A stretch of DNA of 64,000 bases from positions 6,314 to 70,313 of the forward strand of contig CAAEEA010000081.1 of assembly GCA_900754795.1 (NCBI GenBank), written 5' to 3'. This document shows positions 28,419-38,440 of this stretch, one piece after another. A program made the translations under genes and the position numbers. Source of the DNA: Clostridia bacterium (lineage in GTDB: Bacteria; Bacillota; Clostridia; Peptostreptococcales; Anaerovoracaceae). The notes beneath the pieces are model-generated. The model was not told the origin of the DNA. It did no database searches and saw nothing but the letters and a program-made list of their open reading frames with translations. Position 1 is the stretch's first letter. Each line of letters opens with the position of its first letter.

Positions 28419-29081
28419 ATGGCTCAGCTTAAGGACCGCGAACAAAAAATACTGAACTATATGAAAGACGAAATCCGAATCAAGGGTTATCCTCCTACGG
28501 TACGCGAGATCTGCACGGCGCTGGGCATCAAATCAACGTCCACCGCCCACAAGGATATAGAAAGCCTGGTTCGCCAGGGATACCTTGTCAAAGACCCGTC
28601 AAAGCCCCGGGCTCTGATGGTTGTAGATCCTGTTTCCGGTCTGCACGATACGGGAGAGTCTCCTTACGGCGACGGTCTGTCTCATCTCAGAGACGACATC
28701 ATCGACATCCCCGTTGTCGGACGTGTCGCGGCCGGTACCCCTATCCTTGCCGAGCAAAACATAGAAGACACATTTCCTGTTCCGGCTCGCTACGCCTCCG
28801 GAGGGATCAACTACATGCTTCGCGTACGCGGCGAGAGCATGATAGAAGCGGGTATAATGGACGGGGATCTAATTCTCGTTCAACAGACCGAAACCGCCAG
28901 TAACGGCGAGATCGTAGTGGCGATGATAGACGGTTTTGAGAGCGAAGCCACAGTTAAGACCTTCTACAGAGAAAACGGACATGTCAGGCTTCAGCCGGAA
29001 AATCAGACAATGAGCCCAATCATCGTCAAAGATGTAAAGATTCTCGGTAAAGTCAGGGGAGTCTTCAGATATTTCAACTAA
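28419..29081 (+). CDS. lexA: LexA repressor.
   Basis: N-terminal wHTH (PPTVREICTALGIKSTST), cleavage site VAAG, and the GESM...K serine protease dyad. Confidence 0.95.
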   Translation: MAQLKDREQKILNYMKDEIRIKGYPPTVREICTALGIKSTSTAHKDIESLVRQGYLVKDPSKPRALMVVDPVSGLHDTGESPYGDGLSHLRDDIIDIPVVGRVAAGTPILAEQNIEDTFPVPARYASGGINYMLRVRGESMIEAGIMDGDLILVQQTETASNGEIVVAMIDGFESEATVKTFYRENGHVRLQPENQTMSPIIVKDVKILGKVRGVFRYFN

Positions 29082-29095
29082 GTTCAAAAACTGAT

Positions 29096-29121
29096 AACTG
29101 CCGCCCGGTCGGGCGGCAGTT
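29096..29121. terminator. Bidirectional terminator hairpin between the convergent lexA and acyl-CoA ligase genes.
   Basis: AACTGCCGCCC-GGTC-GGGCGGCAGTT, flanked by an A-run and a T-run. Confidence 0.7.
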
Positions 29122-29141
29122 TTAAGTTCGTTCTGTTATTC

Positions 29142-30866
29142 CTAAGCGTACTTGCGGGCTTCTTCCTCTTCGAGGATTCTGTATGCAACTTTTCCGACGA
29201 GAGTCTTAGGCAGGTTTTCCCTGTACTCTATCGAAGCAGGCAGAGCGTATTTTGCTACATGTTTTCTGAGATATTCCATGAGTATCGAAGTCGCTTCATC
29301 ATGGGATACTTTTACATCAGGCCTGAGCACTACAAAGGCCACAACTTTCTGCATCTTGTAAGGATCCGGAACGCCGATTACACAGCTCATATGTACCAGC
29401 TCATGCGCGTCGAGAACATTTTCGATCTGAGACGGATATACGTTATATCCGCTGGTGATGATCATCCTCTTGATCCTCTGGCGGAAATACACAAATCCTT
29501 CTTCATCCATCATACCCAGGTCTCCGGTGTGTACCCATGTAAGCCCGTCTCTGTGGCGGCGGAGAGTATTTGCGGTTTCCTCCGGGTTATTGATATATTC
29601 TATCATCACGGTTGGTCCGGCAATGCAGATTTCTCCTTCTTCTCCGTAAGGGACTTCTTCTTCCGTGCCCGGTCTTACGATCTTATAGAACGTATCAGGG
29701 AACGGCAGTCCGATACTTCCCTCTTTGGCTCTGTCCACAGGAGTCAGGCAGCTGGCGGTAACGCACTCTGTGGTTCCGTATCCCTCACGCACCGGTATGC
29801 TGGCGTTATGATCTTTGAGGAATCTGTCAAATCTCTTTTTGAGTTCGATGGACAAAGAGTCGCCCCCGCTGAAAACGCCTTTGAGGCACGAAAGATCCAC
29901 ACGGTCGAGGCTTTTAATGCGAAGAAGCGCTTCATAGAGTGTCGGTACGCCGGCGATAAAGTTAGGTCTGTGTTTCCTCAGGAGCTTCGCGTAGCTTTCC
30001 GGATTGAAACGCGGTATCAGCAGACATCTGCCCCCGTTGGCAAACATGGAATGTATGCACACTCCAAGGCCGAAACCGTGGAAGATAGGCATTACAGCCA
30101 GCATTTTATCCCCCGGTTTAAACATTGGATTGGTCGCTATTACCTGCTGAGCAAGAGCGTTAAAATTCATGTTTGAAAGCAGTATTCCTTTCTGAGTACC
30201 CGTAGTTCCCCCGCTGTAGAGGATCACCGCCGGGTCTTCAGACTTTCTGGCTACATGGAACGAGCCGTGATATTTCTTGCCGTCCATGAGGAATTTTTCC
30301 CACCATATTATCTCAGCGTTTGCAGGCACTTTTTTAACCTTGCGTCCCTCAACCAGATAATAGCCCTTTCTCTTGATCGGGCTGAGGACATCCTTGACGC
30401 TGGTGAGAATGAGATTCCTCAGGTGCACATTTTCTCTTATATTTTCAAATTTTCCGTAAAACTGGTCAAGAGTCAGGCATACAACACTTGCTGACTGTTT
30501 AAGGCAGAACTCTATTTCCTTTTCGCTGGAAAGCGGATGCACCATGTTGGCTATCGCCCCTACTTTATTGACCGCGTAAAACATTATCACGGCCTGAGGA
30601 GCGTTCGGCATACAGATAGTAACGCTCTCTCCCGGTTTAACGCCGATGGCGGCGAGAGCTCTGGCGCACTTGTCCACTTTGGAAATGAAATCCTTATACT
30701 TTACCTTGCCGCCCATAAAGTCATAGGCGATATTATCCGGATAGTTTTCGGAAACCTCCGCTACCCGGTCATACATAGACCCCTGAAAATAATCGAGATG
30801 AGCGGGAATTCCTCCCAGATGAGATATCCATGGTGTCTTTACATTTGCTGTCTTATTTTCCTTCAT
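29142..30866 (-). CDS. AMP-dependent synthetase/ligase (long-chain acyl-CoA ligase-like).
   Basis: AMP-binding motif YSGGTTGTQKG; GYGTTE; TGDLG... Confidence 0.9.
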   Translation of the reverse strand: MKENKTANVKTPWISHLGGIPAHLDYFQGSMYDRVAEVSENYPDNIAYDFMGGKVKYKDFISKVDKCARALAAIGVKPGESVTICMPNAPQAVIMFYAVNKVGAIANMVHPLSSEKEIEFCLKQSASVVCLTLDQFYGKFENIRENVHLRNLILTSVKDVLSPIKRKGYYLVEGRKVKKVPANAEIIWWEKFLMDGKKYHGSFHVARKSEDPAVILYSGGTTGTQKGILLSNMNFNALAQQVIATNPMFKPGDKMLAVMPIFHGFGLGVCIHSMFANGGRCLLIPRFNPESYAKLLRKHRPNFIAGVPTLYEALLRIKSLDRVDLSCLKGVFSGGDSLSIELKKRFDRFLKDHNASIPVREGYGTTECVTASCLTPVDRAKEGSIGLPFPDTFYKIVRPGTEEEVPYGEEGEICIAGPTVMIEYINNPEETANTLRRHRDGLTWVHTGDLGMMDEEGFVYFRQRIKRMIITSGYNVYPSQIENVLDAHELVHMSCVIGVPDPYKMQKVVAFVVLRPDVKVSHDEATSILMEYLRKHVAKYALPASIEYRENLPKTLVGKVAYRILEEEEARKYA

Positions 30867-31734
30867 AATCTACTTCCTCTCCCGCGGCAAGCTCCAGAAG
30901 CTGCGGATTTTGCAGCAGATATTTAAGGAGCTTGACCGATTTTGAATAATAATATCCGTCGGCCAGTCTTTCATCAAGAGTAAGCCCTAAATCTAAAGTT
31001 TCTTTCATCGTCATATTGCCGTCTTCATCGTAAACCGGGCTCATTTTTTTCTCTCCCATCACTACAAAGATAGAATTGGTGCCCCAGTTTGACAGATGAT
31101 GATATCCGGCTTTCAGACCTATAGAGCCGAGATTGCTTATCATTACAGAAGCATAATTCGGATCGGCTTTTACGAGGATATCCGGCACTTTTCCGTAAGT
31201 GTCCAGACGGTGCAGTATCCATACAGCTATCCTGAGCATCCAGCGGGGCATTTTGGCGAAGAAGCTCATACCGGCCGTGGAATTGTCTATTTTATCGCTG
31301 CGGCATTCATTGATCTCCGCGTATACCCTTTCCTTCACCGCGTCAATGGTAGTCGTCCCGTCAAATTCAAGGAAAGCCAGCGCCTCGCTGCCATTGTCGG
31401 CGAACTTTTTCTTTACCACAAAGGCAAGAGATACATTTGGTCTCTTATATGTACGGTATCCCTTTATAAAGTAATTCATCTTGGGTCTCAGAGTGAGAGT
31501 TTTTACGATAGCAGCCAGAATAACATGGAAAAGCTTGTACTGATCCTCTTCTATGCCCTTGTTTTTCTCTTCCAGATATCTGTTTATATTCTCCAGATCT
31601 ATTCTTTCACTTATGAAAGCCTCGCAGTCAGCCCTGTGAGGATAAAGATAAGGCACAAAGATATGCATAGGGTCAGACTCTTTTATCCATATCCCGTCTT
31701 TTCTGTCTCCGAATTTTTCCTTTTTTATTTTCAT
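30853..31734 (-). CDS. 2-oxoacid dehydrogenase acyltransferase (CAT-like) catalytic-domain protein.
   Basis: C-terminal LTLDERLADGYY resembles the DHRxxDG active-site region. I chose the start at MKIKKEKF, with GGAGGAAAAT upstream. Confidence 0.5.
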   Translation of the reverse strand: MKIKKEKFGDRKDGIWIKESDPMHIFVPYLYPHRADCEAFISERIDLENINRYLEEKNKGIEEDQYKLFHVILAAIVKTLTLRPKMNYFIKGYRTYKRPNVSLAFVVKKKFADNGSEALAFLEFDGTTTIDAVKERVYAEINECRSDKIDNSTAGMSFFAKMPRWMLRIAVWILHRLDTYGKVPDILVKADPNYASVMISNLGSIGLKAGYHHLSNWGTNSIFVVMGEKKMSPVYDEDGNMTMKETLDLGLTLDERLADGYYYSKSVKLLKYLLQNPQLLELAAGEEVDYEGK

Positions 31735-31872
31735 ATTTTCCTCCAAAAAACAAGGTGTGGATAACCACACCCTGCAATTTTATCATATTTTGACGTTTTT
31801 TCCCCTGCGGGAAACAAAAATTAACGGTTTCTTAACGCAATCGTAAGAAATCTTTAATATATATTTTACAAA

Positions 31873-32922
31873 CTACTCCGCTCTGTAAATTTTCCAGTAA
31901 GAGCTGTACATATCATCTACTTCCGCGCCGAGATTTCGCAGAGTCTCGCAGCTTGCCAGCTCCTCCTCTGTCGGATTGAGAACAGGTTCATCTACCAGAT
32001 CAGCTATCTGCGTGTTAGGTATGGCGTAAGTCAGATATTCAAAATTCGCGGCGGCCACGTCACCGTCAAGCATGAAATTCATCCACGCTTCAGCTCCGTC
32101 CTTGTTTTGAGCGGTCTTTGGTATCGCCCAGCAGTCAGTCCAAACTTCGGTTCCCTCTTCAGGAATCACATATTCAAGATTTTCATTATATTCCTTGGAA
32201 TACAGGACTTCCCCGGAAGTGATCACAGCCAGCGCCGCGGAATCTCCGATCATCTTCTCTCTCGCGCTGTCATTGTCAAAACTGTACACAAGAGGTTTCT
32301 GCTCGATGAGCTTATCTGTGATCGCGCTTATCTCTTCTTCGCTGGTAGTGTTCATGGAATATCCCAGCAGCTTGGCTCCGATCATAAATCCTTCTCTCAT
32401 TGAGTTAGGCATTACGATCTGCCCTTCGTACTGAGGATCCCAAAGGTCTTCCCAGGAATCTATCTCGCTGTTTACCATTTCAGTGTTATACATGATCCCG
32501 TAAGTTCCCCAGGTGTGCGGCAGAGAATGAACCATGCCCGGATCAAAACCTTCCATGAAAGGCTTGATATTATCGGCAACATTGGCGGCGTTAGGAACAT
32601 TGTCATAATTGATCTCCGCAAGAAGATCTTCGCTTATCAGTCTTTCTATCATGTAGTCCGACGCGCAGATGACATCATACTGAGCAGTATTGTTCTTTAT
32701 CACCGGATACATTTCCTCATTGGTGTCAAACAGGTCTACGACCACGTCATACCCCGTTTCTTCCTCAAACTGATACTCCAGCTGCGGATCGAAATAATCG
32801 CCGAAACAGTATACATAAAGGGTGCCTTTTTCACCGGCGGCATCTCCGCCGTCCTGTCCGCATCCGGTCAGGAGCGCCAGCGACATGATCATCGCCAGCA
32901 GCAGCGCTGTGATCTTTTTCAT
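31873..32922 (-). CDS. potD: Spermidine/putrescine ABC transporter substrate-binding lipoprotein.
   Basis: Lipobox LLTGC; position in a potABCD-order operon. Confidence 0.8.
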   Translation of the reverse strand: MKKITALLLAMIMSLALLTGCGQDGGDAAGEKGTLYVYCFGDYFDPQLEYQFEEETGYDVVVDLFDTNEEMYPVIKNNTAQYDVICASDYMIERLISEDLLAEINYDNVPNAANVADNIKPFMEGFDPGMVHSLPHTWGTYGIMYNTEMVNSEIDSWEDLWDPQYEGQIVMPNSMREGFMIGAKLLGYSMNTTSEEEISAITDKLIEQKPLVYSFDNDSAREKMIGDSAALAVITSGEVLYSKEYNENLEYVIPEEGTEVWTDCWAIPKTAQNKDGAEAWMNFMLDGDVAAANFEYLTYAIPNTQIADLVDEPVLNPTEEELASCETLRNLGAEVDDMYSSYWKIYRAE

Positions 32923-33698
32923 CTTTTCTTTTCCTCTCTCCTGCTACTAATGATATTAACGACTATAAGTATTATCAGCACGGCCACAAATATGACCGTT
33001 GACAACGCGTAAAGGGTCGGTCTGATCCCCACTCTCACCTGAGAGTATATCAGTGTGGAAAGCGTATTTATTCCGACTCCTCTTGTAAAGTGAGTAATCA
33101 CGAAATCATCTACTGACATCGTAAAAGCCAGCAGAAAGCCGGAGATAACCCCGGGCATTATATCAGGCAGCACCACCTTAAAAAACGCGTAGGCAGGACT
33201 TGCCCCCAGGTCAAGAGCCGCCTCATAGTGTATGTCTTCGAGCTGTCTGAACTTCGGCATAACGGACAGAATAACATACGGTATGCAAAAGGTAATGTGC
33301 GCGAACAGCACGGTTCCGTAATTGAGTGAGATCCCGAACAGCAGGAACGACAACATGAGCGATATGCCTGTCACTATATCGGCGTTCAGCAGCGGAATAT
33401 TGTTAAGCCCCATGAACACCGATCTGCTTCTTTCCCTCATCGCGTTAAGACCTATGCAGGCCATAACGCCGATCACGGTGGAAACAGCAGCCGCCCAGAA
33501 CGCTATGGACATGGTGTTTACAAGGGCGTCGATTATCATCTCGCTGTGGAACATTTCTTTATACCAGTCCAGCGAAAACCCTGTCCAGGCGTTCATGGAC
33601 TTTCCGCTGTTAAAAGAAAGAACCATCAGCGTCCCTATCGGCAGATAGAGAAACAGTACGATCAGGGCAAGATAAATAAATTTTAAAGCTCTTTTCAT
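32919..33698 (-). CDS. potC: Spermidine/putrescine ABC transporter permease.
   Basis: Six TM spans, EAA-type loop (EAALDLGASP), overlapping start/stop codons. Confidence 0.8.
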   Translation of the reverse strand: MKRALKFIYLALIVLFLYLPIGTLMVLSFNSGKSMNAWTGFSLDWYKEMFHSEMIIDALVNTMSIAFWAAAVSTVIGVMACIGLNAMRERSRSVFMGLNNIPLLNADIVTGISLMLSFLLFGISLNYGTVLFAHITFCIPYVILSVMPKFRQLEDIHYEAALDLGASPAYAFFKVVLPDIMPGVISGFLLAFTMSVDDFVITHFTRGVGINTLSTLIYSQVRVGIRPTLYALSTVIFVAVLIILIVVNIISSRREEKKR

Positions 33699-34507
33699 AT
33701 CACGCTGCCCTCCCCGTTCCGGTCAAACTTTTCGATAAACGCCATGCTTATGACTATAAACACCATCATTACCAGAGAAAGCCCCGCGCCCAGATTCCAG
33801 TTGGAGCTGGTGGTGAATTCCTGTTCGATTATATTTCCTATCAGGTTCACTTTGCCGCCGCCGAGCATGGTGGATACGGCGAAAGTTGTAAGGGACGGCA
33901 CAAATACCATTGTCACGCCGCTTACTATGCCGGGTATGCTGAGGGGCATAAGGATCTTTACAAGAACCTGTCTGAATCCCGCGCCCAGATCATAAGCCGC
34001 TTCTATTATATGTTTGTCAATTCTCGTAAGGGCATTGTAAATGGGCAGTATCATAAACGGCAGATAGTCGTACACCATACCGAGGACTACCGCCGCCGGC
34101 GTGTTGATTATTTCAAGGGCGGGTATGCCGAAGAAACCGAGCGCCTGATTGATCACGCCGTTTCTTTCGAGGAGCACCTGCCACGCCATGGTTCTGAGCA
34201 GGAAGTTCATCCACATCGGCAAAACGAAGATGAATATCATGAATCCTTTTCTGCCCAGCCTGCTGTCTCTGAGTATCAGTCCAAGAGGAAAAGCAATGAC
34301 AAAGCATATGACTGTGCTTATCACCGCCAGAGCAAGAGCAAGGAAAAGAGCTTCTCTGTGCTCCGGAGTAGCAATAGCCAGTATATTGTCAAGTGTGAAA
34401 GCCCCGCTTCTGTCTGTAAGCCCGTAAAAAGCTATTACACCCAGCGGCACTACAGTGCCGCAGAGAAGAAAGATCGCGAACGGCCCGCTGAAAATTTTTC
34501 TAATCAT
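33695..34507 (-). CDS. potB: Spermidine/putrescine ABC transporter permease.
   Basis: EAAYDLGAG loop. I chose the start at ATG 34507, which overlaps the potA stop (ATGATTAG). Confidence 0.8.
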   Translation of the reverse strand: MIRKIFSGPFAIFLLCGTVVPLGVIAFYGLTDRSGAFTLDNILAIATPEHREALFLALALAVISTVICFVIAFPLGLILRDSRLGRKGFMIFIFVLPMWMNFLLRTMAWQVLLERNGVINQALGFFGIPALEIINTPAAVVLGMVYDYLPFMILPIYNALTRIDKHIIEAAYDLGAGFRQVLVKILMPLSIPGIVSGVTMVFVPSLTTFAVSTMLGGGKVNLIGNIIEQEFTTSSNWNLGAGLSLVMMVFIVISMAFIEKFDRNGEGSVI

Positions 34508-35567
34508 CCAGAGCCATCGCCTCCTCATCTTCAGACTGAGGTTTATTCATTATCTGTATGTTTTCCGGAAGCACCCGCATGGAAACTTTCTTTCCGACAG
34601 GATAGCTTACCGTATTCTGGGCGAGCCATTCAAAACCGCCCGCTTCTATGCACATCTCATAGTGGACTCCGATGAAAACGTTGGAAGTCACCACTCCGTC
34701 AATAGTCCCCCTGCCCGGTTCGTCTATGATTATATCTTCCGGACGGATTACCGCGTCTACGGGAGTCTGTCTGCCAAACCCCTCGTCAACACACGGGAAT
34801 ACACAGCCGCAGATCCTCACGACTCTGTCCTGAAGCATCATCGCGTCTATGATATTGCTGTCTCCTATAAAGTCGGCAACAAAAGCGTTTTCAGGTTCGT
34901 TGTATATCTCTTCCGGCGTACCCATCTGCTGGATATAGCCCCGGTTCATCACGACGACTTTGTCAGACATGGTCAGGGCCTCTTCCTGATCGTGGGTAAC
35001 ATAAAGAAAAGTTATTCCCAGCTCGTTCTTGAGCCTTATGAGCTCATACTGCATCTCCTGTCTGAGTTTAAGATCCAGAGCTCCGAGAGGCTCGTCAAGG
35101 AGCAGCACTCTTGGCTCATTTACTATGGCTCTCGCGATGGCTATTCGCTGCTGCTGTCCTCCGGAAAGGGAATCTACCCGTCTCTTTTCATATCCGCTCA
35201 GATTTACAAGTTTGAGAGCGTATTTTATCTTGTCGTTTATGTATTCTTTGCTCTTGCCGCTTATTTTCAGGCCGAAAGCGATATTCTCGGCTATGTTCAT
35301 GTTCGGAAAAAGGGCGTATTTCTGAAAGACCGTGTTTATCTGCCTTTTGTTTGGCGCCAGATCGGTTATATCCTCTCCCTGAAACATTACTCTGCCGGTG
35401 TCAGGTTTTTCAAAACCGCCCAGTATTCGCAAAGTGGTGGTCTTGCCGCAGCCTGAAGGTCCCAGAAGAGTTATGAACTCGTTTTCTTCAATCTTAAGAT
35501 CGAATTCATCCAGCACCAGTTCTCCGTCAAAAGATTTTGATATGTCAATAAGTTCTATCAAAGCCAT
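34500..35567 (-). CDS. potA: Spermidine/putrescine ABC transporter ATPase.
   Basis: GPSGCGKTT, LSGGQQQR and LLLDEPL motifs, plus a C-terminal TOBE-like domain. Confidence 0.9.
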   Translation of the reverse strand: MALIELIDISKSFDGELVLDEFDLKIEENEFITLLGPSGCGKTTTLRILGGFEKPDTGRVMFQGEDITDLAPNKRQINTVFQKYALFPNMNIAENIAFGLKISGKSKEYINDKIKYALKLVNLSGYEKRRVDSLSGGQQQRIAIARAIVNEPRVLLLDEPLGALDLKLRQEMQYELIRLKNELGITFLYVTHDQEEALTMSDKVVVMNRGYIQQMGTPEEIYNEPENAFVADFIGDSNIIDAMMLQDRVVRICGCVFPCVDEGFGRQTPVDAVIRPEDIIIDEPGRGTIDGVVTSNVFIGVHYEMCIEAGGFEWLAQNTVSYPVGKKVSMRVLPENIQIMNKPQSEDEEAMALDD

Positions 35568-35574
35568 ATACAGT

Positions 35575-36111
35575 TTAGAAACTCGGCGGTGTGCTAACCC
35601 ACAGAATTTCCGCTCCTTTCTTCGATGTTATATAATGATTCTTGTCGGGAGTATAATAAAATGATTCTCCGGCCTTTGCCCTGTGCTTTTCCTTGCCTAT
35701 CGCGATGATTATTTCGCCTCGCAGCACATATCCGAATTCTTCTCCCTCGTGAGGATTATCTGGATATGTGGAGCCTCCGGGACTGAGAGTCAGCCTTATG
35801 GGCTCCATCATGTTTTTCTGAGCGTTGGGAATTATCCACTCTGTCTTGTTGCCCAGGTCTTCGTCTATCTTTTCAAAGTAGTCTTCATCTTTGAACACCA
35901 CCTGCGCCGGTTCCTCTTCTCCCGAGAAAAACTCACTGATAGTCATGCCCAGACACTGCAGTATATCTTCGAGGGTGGAAATCGACGGAGATGTCAGATC
36001 GTTTTCCAGCTGAGATATGAAACCTTTTGAAAGTTCGCTCCTGTCCGCCAGTTCCTCTTGTGTAAGTCCGTTTAATACCCTCAGTTCTTTTATTTTAGAG
36101 CCTATTTCCAT
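35575..36111 (-). CDS. XRE-family HTH + cupin domain transcriptional regulator.
   Basis: IKELRVLNGLTQEELADRSELSKGFISQLEN HTH; C-terminal cupin (GEEFGYVLRGE). Confidence 0.85.
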   Translation of the reverse strand: MEIGSKIKELRVLNGLTQEELADRSELSKGFISQLENDLTSPSISTLEDILQCLGMTISEFFSGEEEPAQVVFKDEDYFEKIDEDLGNKTEWIIPNAQKNMMEPIRLTLSPGGSTYPDNPHEGEEFGYVLRGEIIIAIGKEKHRAKAGESFYYTPDKNHYITSKKGAEILWVSTPPSF

Positions 36112-36288
36112 TGTCTCTTCCCGTTTCCGCGTTTCGTTATAATAAACACTGAGTTTAGAAATACTAAACCTCCGCGCATATTATTATATACGAAACCCGC
36201 GTTATGTCAAGGGGATAGCTTCAGGAAATTTAGCAAAATCATCACGCTCCCTGATGACTTTTCTTTCACGCGATGATATAATACCGTT

Positions 36289-37239
36289 ATGGCTACGATT
36301 TTATACAAGATAACATCAATTTTTCTCATCATGGGCGTGGGGTTCTTCCTGAACAGGAGCAGGATCATCCCTTCTGAGGCAGAAAAATACTTTGTCAACC
36401 TCCTCCTTTTCATCACAACCCCGTGCATGATTCTCTCCTCCGTAACGGCAAACGAATTCAGCAGCGAGATGATGACCGCTACTGTCCAAGCGCTGCTCTG
36501 CGGGGTGGGATTTTTCGCCGTGCTCTTCATCCTCGGATATCTGCTGCTTAAAAAGATAATGAAAGTTCGTCCCGAGGAAGATACCGGAGTCTATATAATG
36601 GCTTTCTCCACAGTGAACAACGGGTTTATGGGCTTTCCGATCACCAACGCGATCTTTGGAGGCAGTATTCTCTATCTGATGATAATACACAACATCTGTC
36701 TTACGGTGTACATGTACTCCGCTGGGCCTTTTATACTGAACATGAACTCAGATCACGGTTCTTTCAGCTTCCGCCGGCTGCTCAGTACATTCCGCAACCC
36801 GTCGACGATTATCTCTCTTATTGCGGTGGCGATGCTATTTATGGGTCTTAAACTTCCGGGGCTTATAAACGAATCCGTTACTCTTATAGGCGATATGACC
36901 GTGCCTCTTTCCATGATGGTAGTAGGAATGCAGCTGGGGGAAAGCAACATCGGCAGCATAATCAAAAACCGCAGCCTGGTGATAATGTCGCTGATAAAGA
37001 TGTTCATTATCCCGGTTCTGATATTCCTTCTTGTAAACTGGCTTCCCATCGATGATTCGGTCAAGCTCACCATCGTGTTCGCTTCGGCCTTTCCGGCCGC
37101 GGTGGTAACTTCCGCCCTTGCTTTTATGGAAAGCAAAAACTCTACCCTCGCAGCCGAAGCCATTGCCTTTACCACCCTGATTTCAGTTATCTGTATCCCG
37201 GTATGCGCCGTGCTGCTTACAGAATTTTACGGTATATAG
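36289..37239 (+). CDS. AEC (auxin efflux carrier) family transporter.
   Basis: About 10 TM spans with a typical AEC N-terminus (ILYKITSIFLIMGVGFFL). Confidence 0.75.
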   Translation: MATILYKITSIFLIMGVGFFLNRSRIIPSEAEKYFVNLLLFITTPCMILSSVTANEFSSEMMTATVQALLCGVGFFAVLFILGYLLLKKIMKVRPEEDTGVYIMAFSTVNNGFMGFPITNAIFGGSILYLMIIHNICLTVYMYSAGPFILNMNSDHGSFSFRRLLSTFRNPSTIISLIAVAMLFMGLKLPGLINESVTLIGDMTVPLSMMVVGMQLGESNIGSIIKNRSLVIMSLIKMFIIPVLIFLLVNWLPIDDSVKLTIVFASAFPAAVVTSALAFMESKNSTLAAEAIAFTTLISVICIPVCAVLLTEFYGI

Positions 37240-37273
37240 AAACTTTCCGTCCGACAAACCCCGGCATAAAAAA

Positions 37274-37310
37274 GACGCCTTAAAAGCCGTTTTACGGCTT
37301 CTAAGACGTC
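37274..37310. terminator. Bidirectional terminator between convergent genes.
   Basis: GACGCCTTAAAAGCCG-TTTTA-CGGCTTCTAAGACGTC (one mismatch), flanked by A6 and T7. Confidence 0.65.
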
Positions 37311-37316
37311 ATTTTT

Positions 37317-38435
37317 TTAATACAGGTCGCTTCCCGGTTCGTTTTCTTTTTTTCGTTTATTGTAAATGGTATATCCGCCAAGTCCGGCAAATGCCAGCGC
37401 GAAGGCCAAAGCCGCGGCTCCGAGAATAATTGTCATGGAACTGTTTTCTCCTTTTTCCGCTTCAAGGGCCAGTCTCTCATATTCCAGCGCTTCTTCCACA
37501 GAGATCGTTCTGGATGAGGTTATCTTTTCTGTTTCTTCATCATAGAAAAACCATTTTTCTTCGTCTGTCTCGGGATCACTCAGCAAAATCAGTTTATATT
37601 CGCTCTCGTCGCTGACGGCGATCTGTATGTTCCAGTCATATTCGCCGTAAGCGGAATCTTTGGCTTCAAATCCCTCCGGAAGTTTTTTATCCTTTAGATC
37701 ATCGACTATCACATAAGTCCTGTCTCCGACTTCGACTTCAATGTTATCCGGTTTTTCTGACGGATCAGGTTCTTCCTCCTCTTCTGTCTTTTCTTCATCG
37801 TCAGCTTCCGGCGGTTCGACTACCGTGGAAGTTGCCTCGTCAAAGTCTCCCCGTCCGTTAGTTCCCGAAGGCGAACTCTGGACAGCGCCGGAGCTGCCTG
37901 AAGATCCTCCCGACGATGAACTGCTTCCGGAGCTGCCGCTGTGCGAGCCGGAGGATGAACTTCCGGATGAAGATGAGCTTCCACTGGAAGATGAACTTCC
38001 GGATGACTTTTCTTTAATTGTAATAGAAACACTTGCCCCATTGTCAAAAGGCGTCTTATCAATCGTGCCACCTGTTACGTTACTCATAGAAATACTTGCA
38101 TCTCCTGCCGCAACCGCTTTGAATTTAAAAGTAGTTGACATAGATGTAGATCCCGCCGAATCTAAAATGAGGGTTCCATTGCCCGGATTATATGTTCCGT
38201 TCGTAGGACCATCACCTATTAACTGCAACTTTGAAGAAAAACTAAATGTCCCCTGAACAGCCCCAAAGGTACCGTTCTTATAAGTTAGCGTAACTGATAT
38301 TGTATCTCCTACTGTACATGTTCTTTTATTGGCAGACATTGTTGCGGTAACAGCAGAGCCATATCCTGTTGCCATTGATCCTAAAATAAATGTAATGGCA
38401 ATAACTAAAACAACTAATCTTTTTCTCATTTTCAT
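37317..38435 (-). CDS. Membrane-anchored surface protein with an N-terminal cohesin-like beta-sandwich domain, a Ser/Gly linker and an acidic region.
   Basis: Signal peptide; VGDTISVTLTYKNGTFGAVQGTFSFSSKLQL resembles the cohesin core pattern; C-terminal TM span + KRKK; adjacent to a dockerin-bearing enzyme. Confidence 0.5.
   Translation of the reverse strand: MKMRKRLVVLVIAITFILGSMATGYGSAVTATMSANKRTCTVGDTISVTLTYKNGTFGAVQGTFSFSSKLQLIGDGPTNGTYNPGNGTLILDSAGSTSMSTTFKFKAVAAGDASISMSNVTGGTIDKTPFDNGASVSITIKEKSSGSSSSSGSSSSSGSSSSGSHSGSSGSSSSSGGSSGSSGAVQSSPSGTNGRGDFDEATSTVVEPPEADDEEKTEEEEEPDPSEKPDNIEVEVGDRTYVIVDDLKDKKLPEGFEAKDSAYGEYDWNIQIAVSDESEYKLILLSDPETDEEKWFFYDEETEKITSSRTISVEEALEYERLALEAEKGENSSMTIILGAAALAFALAFAGLGGYTIYNKRKKENEPGSDLY
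37887..38006 (-). repeat. Low-complexity Ser/Gly-coding repeat (linker) inside the surface protein gene.
   Basis: Encodes SSGSSSSSGSSSSSGSSSSGSHSGSSGSSSSSGGSSGSSG. Confidence 0.8.
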
Positions 38436-38440
38436 TTCCT

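Noticed and set aside
37741-38256. Plus-strand 171-aa ORF and an apparent tandem DNA repeat (possible CRISPR or VNTR).
   Set aside because: It lies antisense to the Ser/Gly/acidic linker of the surface protein. The repetitiveness is low-complexity coding sequence, not a spacer-repeat array.
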